Source: Candidatus Latescibacterota bacterium
Lineage (GTDB): Bacteria > Latescibacterota > UBA2968
Length of the DNA stretch: 64,000 nt
Direction: 5' to 3'
Assembly: GCA_965204375.1 (NCBI GenBank)
Contig: OZ241986.1
Span: 1,120,001 to 1,184,000, forward strand
Shown piece after piece: positions 38,408 through 48,896 of this stretch. Numbering within the stretch: the stretch's first letter is position 1; the number at the start of each line of letters is the position of its first letter. Below the pieces are notes generated by a model that did not search any database, was not told the origin of the DNA, and saw only the letters and a list, made by a program, of their open reading frames with translations. The translations under genes were made by a program, and so were the position numbers.

Positions 38408-39886
38408 ATGATTTTGAGTATTGATCAGGGTACAACGGGGACAACTGCGTTGGTGTTGGATTCTCAGGGTGAAATTTTGGGGCGGGGATATTCGGAGTTT
38501 CGACAAATTTTTCCGCGTCCCGGGTGGGTATCGCACGACGCAACAGAAATATGGGATACGACACTGAAAGTTATTGGCATCGCAATCGCAGAGGCGGGGA
38601 TAGATGCCTCAGACTTAAAAGGCATTGGCATTGCCAATCAGCGCGAGACGACCGTCTTATGGGATTGGAGAACAGGTGAACCCGTACACGACGCGATTGT
38701 CTGGCAGTGCCGACGCACGGCGGATTTGTGTGCCCAATATCGCGCAGATGGTCTCGAAGACATGGTGCGTGAAAAGACGGGATTGGTTATTGATGCTTAT
38801 TTTTCTGCGAGTAAGATTGTGTGGTTACTCGACCGCGTCTATGGTCTGCGTGCGCGTGCGGAGCGGGGCGAGGTGTGTTTTGGCACTATGGATAGTTTTT
38901 TATTGTACAAACTCACGGGGGGGGCTGTTCACGCGACTGATTATACCAATGCGTCGCGCACGATGATTTACAATATCCACGGGAGGGCGTGGGATAGCGG
39001 ATTATTGGAAGTTTTTGACATTCCCGTGGGCATACTCCCCGAAGTGCGATCATCGGCTGGGGAATTTGGGGTTACTGCGGATTTGGACATCTTGCCTGCG
39101 GGTATTCCCATTGGAGGAATTGCGGGCGATCAGCAAGCCGCGCTTTTTGGGCAACGCGGCGTTTTCAAAGGTGATATTAAAAATACGTATGGCACGGGGT
39201 GTTTTACACTTTTTCAAACGGGTGATCGGGCTGTACAATCCGCGCATGGTCTGTTGACGACGCTTGCGTGTGGACCTTCTGGGCGCGTATCCCACGCGCT
39301 TGAGGGCGCGGTGTTCAGCGCGGGCGCAACTGTTCAATGGTTGCGCGATGGTTTGGGGATTGTTGATACAGTTGCTGAGACTGAGGCCTGGTCCCAGGCG
39401 ATTGACGATACGGGAGGTGTGTATTTTGTTCCCGCATTTACCGGTCTGGGTGCGCCGCATTGGGATGCGGATGCGAGGGGCGCGATTGTAGGGCTTACAC
39501 GCGGTACGGGGCGCGCCCATCTAGCACGCGCAGCCCTGGAGTCCATTGCCTATCAATCCGCCGATCTCGTCCATGCGATGGTCGCCGATTCCGGACAATC
39601 TGTGGCGAGTTTGCATGTGGATGGAGGGGCTGTGGTGAATGATTTTTTGATGCAGTTTCAAGCGGATATTCTGGATGTACCGGTGATTCGTCCAAAGTAC
39701 GTGGAGACGACTGCATTGGGGGCGGGGATGCTGGCGGGATTGGCGGTAGGCGTGTGGGATGATGCTGCCGCGCTTGCCGATATTAACCCACCGCAACGCA
39801 CCTTTGAGCCTGCGATGTCACAGGATCGCCGCGAGGCATTGCTGGCGGGCTGGCACAAAGCAGTAGAGCGAATCCTGTCGGCGTAA
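38408..39886 (+). CDS. glpK: Glycerol kinase
   Basis: IDQGTTGT, NQRETT, YFSASK, GDQQAALFG, KNTYGTGCF, ETTALGA. Confidence 0.96.
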   Translation: MILSIDQGTTGTTALVLDSQGEILGRGYSEFRQIFPRPGWVSHDATEIWDTTLKVIGIAIAEAGIDASDLKGIGIANQRETTVLWDWRTGEPVHDAIVWQCRRTADLCAQYRADGLEDMVREKTGLVIDAYFSASKIVWLLDRVYGLRARAERGEVCFGTMDSFLLYKLTGGAVHATDYTNASRTMIYNIHGRAWDSGLLEVFDIPVGILPEVRSSAGEFGVTADLDILPAGIPIGGIAGDQQAALFGQRGVFKGDIKNTYGTGCFTLFQTGDRAVQSAHGLLTTLACGPSGRVSHALEGAVFSAGATVQWLRDGLGIVDTVAETEAWSQAIDDTGGVYFVPAFTGLGAPHWDADARGAIVGLTRGTGRAHLARAALESIAYQSADLVHAMVADSGQSVASLHVDGGAVVNDFLMQFQADILDVPVIRPKYVETTALGAGMLAGLAVGVWDDAAALADINPPQRTFEPAMSQDRREALLAGWHKAVERILSA

Positions 39887-39899
39887 CCTATAGGCATTC

Positions 39900-41066
39900 T
39901 CACTGTATTTGTTCCAAATAGGCAAGATGGGTTTGGGCGGCTTTTTTTTGAGGATCAATGGCGAGCATATCGCGGTAGTGCTGACAAGCTACCGCGATAT
40001 CGTTTTTTTGTTCGGCAATGATGGCCAATCCGTGTAGAACGCGGGTATTTTCCGAACTCTGTTCTCGGATGTGCAGCAGCAGTATTTCAACATCATCAAT
40101 ATAGTCGGGATAATGCAGCGATTCCTTATTTTCTTGAGACAATACCAGGAGATTTAACAACGGATTCACACTGCCAGCAACGCCGCCACCTCGACGCGGT
40201 TTGAGATCAATTTTATCCCCAATTTCGGGAAGGCCGAGAATAATGGCTTCAATCAGGGATTCTGTCGCTTCATCTAACCGATCCAGTTCAATTAAAACAT
40301 TGCCTCGGTTATAGTGCACAGCGGGATTATCGGGTACCAGTTCAGATAAGATGTCGTAAATCCTCAGTTCCTGTTCAGAATTTTCTGTCTCGGCCAAATG
40401 TTCAGCCCGATCATAGAGTTGCTCAATTTTAGTATGATTTCTATCCGCGATTTCTTGCGCTTGTTTCTCATATTCTGGATGCACCAGCAAGACGAGTTGC
40501 CCTTTTTGATCTCGTGAAAACAGGGGTGTTTTGACTGTGTGCAGAATGTCGCCCAATTCCGAAATAATTTTGTTCAAAAACGCAGGGGATCGCGATTGAA
40601 AAATGGGTTTCCAGGTATTGAGATCATGCGATACATCAACGGTCCACAATTCGAGAGATAAAAAACTCCTGAGCGTTGACTTCAACTGTTCTGTGGTTTC
40701 AAAAAAAAACGATGTTGTGTAACCATCTTCTACATAGTGGTGAACGAGCCATCGACTGACTTCGCGCTGAATAACCCAGGCGTCCTCCATGCAATTGGTG
40801 ATTGTGAGAATTGACCAGAGCGGAATATCGGAATGTACTTTTGCAAGCGCCTGATCAATGGTACACGATTCACCTTCCTCATCATTCTGAGCCAGATGGA
40901 CATTGTCGAGAAAGTTTTCTATGGATAATGCGCGTTTTTCTCGTTCGCTTTCTGCGATCACGAGAAAAGGCTCCTGGAAATTTTCCCGGTCAACCGTCAG
41001 TGTACGCACAAGTTCCCGATCGCTCATCGCTGCGCACTGTTGTATAACTCGATCACTCATGTTCAT
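39900..41066 (-). CDS. TPR-containing hypothetical protein
   Basis: TPR-like PDNPAVHYNRGNVL and C-terminal repeat. Confidence 0.65.
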   Translation of the reverse strand: MNMSDRVIQQCAAMSDRELVRTLTVDRENFQEPFLVIAESEREKRALSIENFLDNVHLAQNDEEGESCTIDQALAKVHSDIPLWSILTITNCMEDAWVIQREVSRWLVHHYVEDGYTTSFFFETTEQLKSTLRSFLSLELWTVDVSHDLNTWKPIFQSRSPAFLNKIISELGDILHTVKTPLFSRDQKGQLVLLVHPEYEKQAQEIADRNHTKIEQLYDRAEHLAETENSEQELRIYDILSELVPDNPAVHYNRGNVLIELDRLDEATESLIEAIILGLPEIGDKIDLKPRRGGGVAGSVNPLLNLLVLSQENKESLHYPDYIDDVEILLLHIREQSSENTRVLHGLAIIAEQKNDIAVACQHYRDMLAIDPQKKAAQTHLAYLEQIQ

Positions 41067-41070
41067 AAAC

Positions 41071-41289
41071 TCAACGGTGATATTCGCGCAAAGACAAACG
41101 CTTTCGCGGTCGTTGGATGTCTATGGGGTCTTCTGGCACACTAACGTCATTGCGCATCTTGCGACCGAGCTTGCGAATCAGATGAACACCCCACCATATT
41201 AGTGCCCCGATCACAGCCATTACCATCCCAATGCTGCGACCACTGGCACTTTCAAGGCTCTTGAGCAAACTGTTAATCAGATCTTCCAC
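41071..41289 (-). CDS. Small single-TM protein
   Basis: Fills the gap in a co-directional run; one TM segment. Confidence 0.5.
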   Translation of the reverse strand: MEDLINSLLKSLESASGRSIGMVMAVIGALIWWGVHLIRKLGRKMRNDVSVPEDPIDIQRPRKRLSLREYHR

Positions 41290-41303
41290 CGTTAATCGCT
41301 TTT

Positions 41304-42269
41304 TTAAAAATACGGCTCGATATTTTTTTCGATGCGTTCGAGGATGGGGGTATCATCCACTTCGGTTTCAAATGGTTCACCTGTTACGCGCTCGAACAAA
41401 TCGATGTATCGCGCGGAAACTTGTGTGCGAATTTCGTCATCCAATTCGGGAATATTATCGTCGGAAATTCCCTTATCCACGAGCCAGAGGCGCAAAAATT
41501 CTTTGTCCAGACTTTCGGGTTCTTCGCCGCGCGCATGGAGGTCTTCATAAGAGTCCAGGATCCAGTAGCGCGAAGAGTCGGGCGTGTGAATCTCATCGGC
41601 GACGGTTAGATTGCCATCTGGGTCCAGTCCCATTTCGTATTTTGTATCCACGAGAATCAAACCGCGCTGTGCGGCCAGTTCTGTGCCGCGTGCGAACAAT
41701 TCCAGAGCCACTTTCTCGACTTCTGCCCATCTTTCTGCATCGACCAGACCGCGCTCGACAATTTCCTCCGGCGAGATCGATTCGTCGTGATCTTCTGCTT
41801 TTGTGGTCGGCGTGATAATCGGTTCGTCAAATTTCTGATTTTTTATCATGCCGTCGGGCAAATCAACGCCGCAGAATTTCCGTACACCATTATTGTAATT
41901 TGTCCATACTGAGGTGTCTGTGCTGCCGGTCAGGTATCGCCGTACGACGATTTCGACGAGTAGCATATCGAGTTCCCGCGCAACCGTCACATTGGGGTCC
42001 GGTACGTCAAGTACCTGATTGGGTACGATATCTGCGGTCTGATCAAACCAGTATTTTGCGGTTTTGTTCAATACCTGTCCCTTCAGGGGGATCGCACCGA
42101 GTACATGGTCAAACGCGCTTTGCCGGTCTGTGGTGATGAGAATGCGTTTGTCGTCGAGGAGATAGATGTCCCGCACTTTCCCTTTTTGGTATTGATTCGC
42201 CCAACGGTCAAATTTGGCTTCCAATAAACAGTTATTCAGTTGTGAACGGATTTGGTCTTGAGAAATCAT
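41304..42269 (-). CDS. purC: Phosphoribosylaminoimidazole-succinocarboxamide synthase
   Basis: GKVRDIY, TDRQSAFD, TPTTK, LVDTKYE, DEIHTPDSSRYW, DKEFLR. Confidence 0.96.
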   Translation of the reverse strand: MISQDQIRSQLNNCLLEAKFDRWANQYQKGKVRDIYLLDDKRILITTDRQSAFDHVLGAIPLKGQVLNKTAKYWFDQTADIVPNQVLDVPDPNVTVARELDMLLVEIVVRRYLTGSTDTSVWTNYNNGVRKFCGVDLPDGMIKNQKFDEPIITPTTKAEDHDESISPEEIVERGLVDAERWAEVEKVALELFARGTELAAQRGLILVDTKYEMGLDPDGNLTVADEIHTPDSSRYWILDSYEDLHARGEEPESLDKEFLRLWLVDKGISDDNIPELDDEIRTQVSARYIDLFERVTGEPFETEVDDTPILERIEKNIEPYF

Positions 42270-42306
42270 GGATATACACTCCTTAAAAAAATTATTTATG
42301 GTTGCT

Positions 42307-44295
42307 TTATGCCGCGCGGAAATGTACGGCGTGGCCCCTTTCTGGGAACCAGATTACGTCCAGCATCAGGGACAGGGCTACGCCGAGGACATAGCCGACG
42401 AGCAAACCGATGAAAAAGGGGCGGGATTTGTGATAGACAGAGGGGCCGCCCACTTTGAGCATCACCAGCTTAATCAGCCAGGCGATAAATAATGTGAAAC
42501 TGCTGGCGCGAATCAAGGGCGTTCCAGAAAGCGCGAGGCCCACCGGGTGCAGGGGCCACCACACAAACCGATGGCGCATAAAAATGAGGCCAATCATCGC
42601 CAGACCGCCTATGCCGAAAAAGACCAGATTTTCGGGATTATCCACGTAAAAGGGCGGATTGTCGGCATTCTTGACCGCGTTGGCGGAATTCCTGAAATAA
42701 TTGCGCGCGCTTCTGGGAATTTCGTGGACATTAAAATTAAACGCGCCCTCGTCATAGCCCAATTTCAAAGTGAGAAAAATACTCGTTACAAAACTCACCG
42801 CAAAAGCCATGTAAAGCGTGGCTATTAACTTGCGGCGGTTGTCGGTGATGCCCTCGGACAACTTGCCGACCTGTGCGGTCGCTGGCAAAAACAAGCCCTT
42901 GGCATTTCCCGTAATCAAATTGGCAAAGCGAAACGCCACATGCGTGGTGGGTGGAATCCCGACATTGCCGAAAAAGGGCGCTACGTAATTCCACGCAATT
43001 CCCGGTATCTGCGTGTAGGGCATGCCGGTGTCTGACAAAATTTTCGCCATTCCAATATATCCACAAACGCACGCCATTAGCAGAAGGGCACTGATGATGG
43101 GATCCATGTTCATCTGCATCATCCAGATAAACAAAAACGCGAGGCCCGCCACCACGCCGATCACAGCGGCGCGATAGGACAGTAGTTCATCGCGGTCATC
43201 CACGCTGTCGTCTTTGCCAAGAGCTTTCATTATCACATCCCGCAAATGCAGCCGCGCCACCCAGAACATCGAAATCACCAGCACGACGAACGCGCCGCGC
43301 GTCTGCCATTGGTACACGCCGCGATAGGCAACGGGAACCATGGATTTATATCCCAATTTATTGAGCCAGCCGCCTTCGACAATGAAGAGGAGATCGAATA
43401 CCCATAAGCTGAGCAACACATCGAGACTGGCAAAATAGGAAAAGAAGATGGAAAACAAGCCCACCGATGCCCGAATGCGCGGAAATTGTGGGTCAATGAT
43501 ATGCCATCTGCCCCCGTGAATGGGAAAGCGCGGGAAATTTGGCAAAAAATAATTGATACAATTCCAGGCGATCATGCCAAATGCCAGGGCGAATCCAACC
43601 CAGAACAGGCGATTGTACATAAAGCCGGGCAATGCGCGTTTGTCGCCTCCGGGTTCGGACACCATATTGATAAGGGGGGCCATGGCTGGATATGCCAGGC
43701 GTTCGTTTTGCACCCACTGTTTTCTAAAAATGACGCCTATACAGACCAGCACGACAAACGCTGCCGTAAAAGCCATAAACCACCAGAATAGCGGCAGTAC
43801 CCATATATCCCATGGGATAGCTGCGCCTTCGGGACGGCCTTCAAAAAACCATGCGATTCCATTGCCAGCATTGGTGGGAATCATAAAATCGGGCAGATGC
43901 GGGTGCAGTAATTCGGCCCAGTTGTTGTCTTCGGTCGCGTAAAAATAAGGTGCAGAAATATACCCGATCAAATACCCCGTGCTGCTCCAGCTCGGTATGG
44001 TTGCGCCCACGAGGCCCATCGACAAAATGGTGTGCCATTCTCCGGATTGAAGTGAGAATCGCGCAAGCCTGCCCATTATTGCGAGCGCAATCAGCATGGT
44101 AATAAATACGATGAGCATGGCCATTGGAATGTGCGATAGCACCATGCGCGAGCCGTGATAATGAAATCGCACATAGACCGCTATCACATCCAGTAGTACC
44201 ACCAGGAGCAGTCCCAATCCGATGGCCCGTGGCGTAATGCCCCCGCGAGGAGATTGTTCGGCCTCGCGGCCAATATTTGGTACTTGTGTTGCCAT
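42307..44295 (-). CDS. DUF6785/DUF6784-type polytopic membrane protein (putative transporter)
   Basis: Many TM segments; RKQWVQNERLAYP, WWPLHPVG. Confidence 0.72.
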   Translation of the reverse strand: MATQVPNIGREAEQSPRGGITPRAIGLGLLLVVLLDVIAVYVRFHYHGSRMVLSHIPMAMLIVFITMLIALAIMGRLARFSLQSGEWHTILSMGLVGATIPSWSSTGYLIGYISAPYFYATEDNNWAELLHPHLPDFMIPTNAGNGIAWFFEGRPEGAAIPWDIWVLPLFWWFMAFTAAFVVLVCIGVIFRKQWVQNERLAYPAMAPLINMVSEPGGDKRALPGFMYNRLFWVGFALAFGMIAWNCINYFLPNFPRFPIHGGRWHIIDPQFPRIRASVGLFSIFFSYFASLDVLLSLWVFDLLFIVEGGWLNKLGYKSMVPVAYRGVYQWQTRGAFVVLVISMFWVARLHLRDVIMKALGKDDSVDDRDELLSYRAAVIGVVAGLAFLFIWMMQMNMDPIISALLLMACVCGYIGMAKILSDTGMPYTQIPGIAWNYVAPFFGNVGIPPTTHVAFRFANLITGNAKGLFLPATAQVGKLSEGITDNRRKLIATLYMAFAVSFVTSIFLTLKLGYDEGAFNFNVHEIPRSARNYFRNSANAVKNADNPPFYVDNPENLVFFGIGGLAMIGLIFMRHRFVWWPLHPVGLALSGTPLIRASSFTLFIAWLIKLVMLKVGGPSVYHKSRPFFIGLLVGYVLGVALSLMLDVIWFPERGHAVHFRAA

Positions 44296-44326
44296 CCTCG
44301 ATGTTCCTTAAAGAAATTCAGCGAAT

Positions 44327-45061
44327 CTACAGTGCATGTCCGCGCAAAACTTCGCGGCACTGTCCCTCGCTATTGCCCGTCACATTGTAGGCAAAGGTAT
44401 TCATGCGGCGGTCTCGATGCGATGTATTTGGTCCCGATCCGTGGATGGTCAAGGCACTGAAAAACACACCATCGCCCGGTTCCATCGCCACGGGTACCGC
44501 GTCTTCTCGCTCGCGGTAGTGTCCCGGCAAAAATACGCCAAAACTCGTTTGTGCGCGTTCGTGTTCTTGTAGGCCCCATTTGTGGCTGCCGGGGATGAAT
44601 TGAATACATCCGTTTTCATCATCTGTCCCGTCAATGGCGAGTTGGCAATTCACCATCAAAGGCCGATTGTCTTCGCGTTTCCAATACGCGTAATCCTGAT
44701 GCCAGGGTATTGCCGTGCCATCGCGTGCGGCTTTCATCAATAGCTTGCTGTGATACAGTGAGATATTTGGTCCAATCAGTACCTCAATAATATCCAACAT
44801 GCCATCGCAGCGCAATGCGCGATTTAATCCCTCGCTGATTACTTCGCTGTGCATCAACTGTCGGATACGCCTGGGCAGGTGTTCATCCTCAAATTCTTCC
44901 CATGAGATCCCGACTCCACCGTGTGCGTTTTCTGCCATTCGCTCGTGCAAGCCCGCAATTTCGCGTTCGATATGGGAAATCTCTCCGGAGGTGATCAATC
45001 CCTTTTTTAACACATATCCATTCTGATCGTAGAATTTTTGTTCTGCATCTGTTAGTCCCAT
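44327..45061 (-). CDS. Phytanoyl-CoA dioxygenase (PhyH) family Fe(II)/2OG oxygenase
   Basis: WHQD facial-triad motif, IPGSHK, IHGSGPN. Confidence 0.9.
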   Translation of the reverse strand: MGLTDAEQKFYDQNGYVLKKGLITSGEISHIEREIAGLHERMAENAHGGVGISWEEFEDEHLPRRIRQLMHSEVISEGLNRALRCDGMLDIIEVLIGPNISLYHSKLLMKAARDGTAIPWHQDYAYWKREDNRPLMVNCQLAIDGTDDENGCIQFIPGSHKWGLQEHERAQTSFGVFLPGHYREREDAVPVAMEPGDGVFFSALTIHGSGPNTSHRDRRMNTFAYNVTGNSEGQCREVLRGHAL

Positions 45062-45266
45062 TGAACACTCCTTTGTTGTTTCACAGCATCTAATTTACAA
45101 ATTATGACGCGCTCTTGCAAAATCAATTATATTGTATAGCGTGCAAATTAGAAATAGGGAACAGAAATAGAGTGGTTAACGTCTTAAATTGATGCGTTAT
45201 GATTATTTTAGAGAAAAATCCGACCTTTTTTCACCGCCCAATTGGGCATAAAAATAAGGAAAGCCG

Positions 45267-47423
45267 ATGAAAATACGTATTCTTTTTTCTTTGTTATTTT
45301 GTAGTTCCCTTTTGGGAAGTATTTCCGAGGCGTCTGATTGGACACACTGGCGCGGTCCTATGCAAAATGGCGCTTCGCCGGAGACGGGGCTTATTTCTAC
45401 ATGGTCTCTGGAGGGCGAAAATCTGATCTGGCGTCGCGAGTTTATCGGCAGATCTACACCGATTATTGTAAATGGTCGGGTCTATGTTATCGGGCGAACC
45501 GGCAAAGACATAACCGAGCAGGAGCACATCGCGTGTTTTGATGCGGAAAAGGGCGATCTCATTTGGGAAAAAAAGTTCAATGTCTGGCACTCAACCATAA
45601 CCTTCAATCGTCTGGGATGGGCAAGCCTGGGGGCCGATGGCGAGACCGGTAATATTTACGCCCATCTCGTCAGTGGGTTATTGATCTGTTTTGATACCGA
45701 TGGCTATGTCCAGTGGCAGCGGTCTCTAACCGAAGAATTTAACCGATTCTCCGGTTATGGCGGGCGATTGCACACGCCCGTTGTCGATGGCGATCTGGTC
45801 ATCATCAGCATGGGCAATCGCGGATGGGCTGGCGCACCGCCTTCTCATCGGTATGTTGCCTTTAATAAACACACGGGTGAAACCGCGTGGATGGCTCGTC
45901 CGGGCGGCGGTGGGCAGGTTGATTTAACCGTTTACTCTACGCCTGTTGTCACGACAATTGACGGGCAGCGCGTGTTGGTTGCTGGCAATGGCAATGGCGG
46001 TATTTTTGCCTTCAAAGTCGCAACGGGCGAAAAAGTATGGGGTTTTCCATTCAGTAAGCGCGGCATCAACACTTCGCCTGTCGTGGCTGATAATCGCGTT
46101 TTTGTCGCACATAGCGAAGAAAATGTCGATAATACCTCTCTTGGTCGCGTTACATGTCTGGATGCGCGTACGGGCAAAGAAATCTGGCGACAAGACGGTA
46201 TGACCTCGGGCTATGCTTCGCCAGCGGTTCACGCGGGGCGCGTCTATGTGATCGACAATTCGGCCAATGTGCATTGTTTAGACGCCAAAACGGGAAAGCA
46301 ATATTGGGAACAAAATATCGGCACTGTGGGCAAGGGATCGCCGACCTGGGCCGATGGAAAACTCTATGTTACTGAGGTCAATGGCGGCTTCCAGATTCTC
46401 AAAACGAACAATATGGGCGCGGAAGTGCTCGACAAAAAGAAAATCGCAATGCCCGAAGGTGGGCATGCCGAGATCTACGGGTCAGTCGCTGTTGCGTATC
46501 GCCGCATCTATTTTGCGACCGAAGCCGGGTTGTTTTGTCTGGGCGATAAAAACGCGCGATTTGAAGTCACGCCTTCTCCTCATACAAAGCACGAAAGCGC
46601 GCCTTCGAGTGCCGAACCAGCATCTATTCTTTCTATTCCGGCTGAGGCGACCATACAACAGGGCGAGGTACTGCCCCTGCGGGCAGAGGCTTATGACGAG
46701 AAGGGGCGCTTGATCGGCAATGCCGACGCCGAGTGGTCGTTGAATGGCCTGGATGGAGAAATAAAGAATAATCAGTTTGTACCATCCCGACCGGGACAGG
46801 GCGGCTGGATCACGGCCAAACTGGGTGAATTAACCCGACAAACCTGGGTGCGCGTGGTGCCCGATGTGCCCTGGACAGAGGATTTTGAAAATGTCGAAGT
46901 CGGCACAAATCCATTGCACTGGGTGTGGGGGGGAAGGGGTTTTGCGGTGGAGGAAAAAGATGGCAACAAGGTTCTGGCAAAACCACCGGCTGCACGCGGC
47001 TTAGATCGCTCAAATCTCTATGTGGCGCCGTACAAACTCAGTGGCTATACTATTCAGGCCGATCTTATGGGTACGCAAAACAAGCGGCGTCGTCCCGATA
47101 TGGGTCTTATCGCGCATCGCTATATCCTCGATCTTCAAGGCATTCACCAGCGCCTCGAGATTCGGTCGTGGTCGTCGGATTTGCGTATGGCAAAACGCAT
47201 TGATTTCCACTGGGATATGGGGGTGTGGTACACCATGAAAATGAGAGTTGATATCGAAGGCGGCAAAGCTATCGTTCGGGGCAAAGTCTGGAAAAAAGGC
47301 GATCCCGAACCCGATGCGTGGAGTATTGAAGTAGAGGATCCCCTGCCGATAGAAGAGGGCAGCCCCGCGCTTTACGGCTATTCACCCGCCACGATTTACT
47401 ACGATAATGTGAAACTGTGGTAA
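45267..47423 (+). CDS. Secreted PQQ-like (BamB-type) beta-propeller with C-terminal beta-sandwich domains
   Basis: Signal peptide, DWTHWRGP, repeated A.TG...W Trp-docking motifs. Confidence 0.85.
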   Translation: MKIRILFSLLFCSSLLGSISEASDWTHWRGPMQNGASPETGLISTWSLEGENLIWRREFIGRSTPIIVNGRVYVIGRTGKDITEQEHIACFDAEKGDLIWEKKFNVWHSTITFNRLGWASLGADGETGNIYAHLVSGLLICFDTDGYVQWQRSLTEEFNRFSGYGGRLHTPVVDGDLVIISMGNRGWAGAPPSHRYVAFNKHTGETAWMARPGGGGQVDLTVYSTPVVTTIDGQRVLVAGNGNGGIFAFKVATGEKVWGFPFSKRGINTSPVVADNRVFVAHSEENVDNTSLGRVTCLDARTGKEIWRQDGMTSGYASPAVHAGRVYVIDNSANVHCLDAKTGKQYWEQNIGTVGKGSPTWADGKLYVTEVNGGFQILKTNNMGAEVLDKKKIAMPEGGHAEIYGSVAVAYRRIYFATEAGLFCLGDKNARFEVTPSPHTKHESAPSSAEPASILSIPAEATIQQGEVLPLRAEAYDEKGRLIGNADAEWSLNGLDGEIKNNQFVPSRPGQGGWITAKLGELTRQTWVRVVPDVPWTEDFENVEVGTNPLHWVWGGRGFAVEEKDGNKVLAKPPAARGLDRSNLYVAPYKLSGYTIQADLMGTQNKRRRPDMGLIAHRYILDLQGIHQRLEIRSWSSDLRMAKRIDFHWDMGVWYTMKMRVDIEGGKAIVRGKVWKKGDPEPDAWSIEVEDPLPIEEGSPALYGYSPATIYYDNVKLW

Positions 47424-47455
47424 TCTTTATAACCCCTTACAGGTAAAGGAATAAA

Positions 47456-48883
47456 ATGAAATTGAAACGACTTTTTAGCGGATGTGTCATCGTTGGTTTG
47501 ATCGTATCGACTGGTATTGCTGAAGAGGTTATGTGGGGATTTACTCCAGATCGCAACCTCGTGTCAGACGCAAAAAATTTGCCGATGAACTGGAATGTAG
47601 AAACGGGTGAAAATATCGTCTGGAAAGCAGATCTCGGTTCGCAGTCCTACGCCGGTCCCATCAGGATTGGTGGGAAAATATTCATGGGCACAAATAACCA
47701 GATTGAGCGCAATCCCAAAGTTACGGGTGACAAGGGCGTGATCATGGCTTTTCAGGAATCCGATGGAAAATTTCTCTGGCAAGCAGCGCATCCCAAGCTG
47801 CCCGCGGGGCGCGTCAATGACTGGCCACAACAGGGCATTTGCTCCACGCCTTATATTCGCGGAGATCGGATGTATTATATCTCGAATCAATGTCGCGTGG
47901 TGAGTGCGGATACAGAGGGGTTTTTGGATGGGGAAAATGACGGTCCATATACCGGGGAAGAGGATACGAGCGACATCGGTGTGGATATTATCTGGGAATA
48001 CGACATGATGGAAGAACTGGATGTGTTCCCTCACAATTTGGCGACCTGTTCGCCCGTGGGGGCGGGCAATCTCCTGTTTGTCATCACCGCCAATGGTGTT
48101 GACGAGGGTCACATTGCCATCCCTTCACCTCTATCGCCCAGCTTTATTGCGGTCGATCTCAATACGGGGGAACTGGTATGGGAAAAAGCCTATCCGGGTG
48201 AAAGTATCTTGCACGGGCAGTGGTCCAATCCCGCTTATGGCGTTATCAATGGCAAGCCGCAGGTGATCTGCCCTGGGGGCGATGGCTGGGTTTATTCGCT
48301 GGAAGCCGAGACCGGGGACTTGATCTGGAAATTTGACTGCAATCCAAAAGACTCTGTGTGGGAATTGGGTGGACGGGGCACGCGCAATGCGATTATCTCC
48401 ACTCCAGTTATTTACGATAACAAGGTTTTTATCGGCGTTGGGCAAGATCCGGAGCACGGCGAGGGCATTGGTCATTTGTGGGCTATTGATGCAACGGGTA
48501 CAGGAGATGTGACGGGAAGCCATGCAGTTTGGCACTTTGGCAATGAAAATTACAACCGGACTATTTCTACGGTGGGCATCAGCGATGGCCTGCTCTATGC
48601 GGCAGATCTGAGTGGGTTTGTCTATTGTCTCGACGTAAAAACTGGCAAACAGCACTGGAAATACGATACATTTGCCGCGATATGGGGATCGCCTTTTGTC
48701 GCTGATGGGAAGGTATATATCGGCGATGAAGATGGCGATGTGGCGATTTTGAAAGCTGGAACACAATTTGAACTGATCAACGAAATCAACATGGGCAGTG
48801 CCGTATATACCACGCCTATTGCAAAAGATGGCATGCTCTACATTGGCACGCGCAATACGCTGTATGCGATTAAGGGCGAGTAG
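47456..48883 (+). CDS. Secreted PQQ-like beta-propeller protein
   Basis: Signal peptide; D..TG...W repeats. Confidence 0.85.
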   Translation: MKLKRLFSGCVIVGLIVSTGIAEEVMWGFTPDRNLVSDAKNLPMNWNVETGENIVWKADLGSQSYAGPIRIGGKIFMGTNNQIERNPKVTGDKGVIMAFQESDGKFLWQAAHPKLPAGRVNDWPQQGICSTPYIRGDRMYYISNQCRVVSADTEGFLDGENDGPYTGEEDTSDIGVDIIWEYDMMEELDVFPHNLATCSPVGAGNLLFVITANGVDEGHIAIPSPLSPSFIAVDLNTGELVWEKAYPGESILHGQWSNPAYGVINGKPQVICPGGDGWVYSLEAETGDLIWKFDCNPKDSVWELGGRGTRNAIISTPVIYDNKVFIGVGQDPEHGEGIGHLWAIDATGTGDVTGSHAVWHFGNENYNRTISTVGISDGLLYAADLSGFVYCLDVKTGKQHWKYDTFAAIWGSPFVADGKVYIGDEDGDVAILKAGTQFELINEINMGSAVYTTPIAKDGMLYIGTRNTLYAIKGE

Positions 48884-48896
48884 GAGAGGTCACAAT

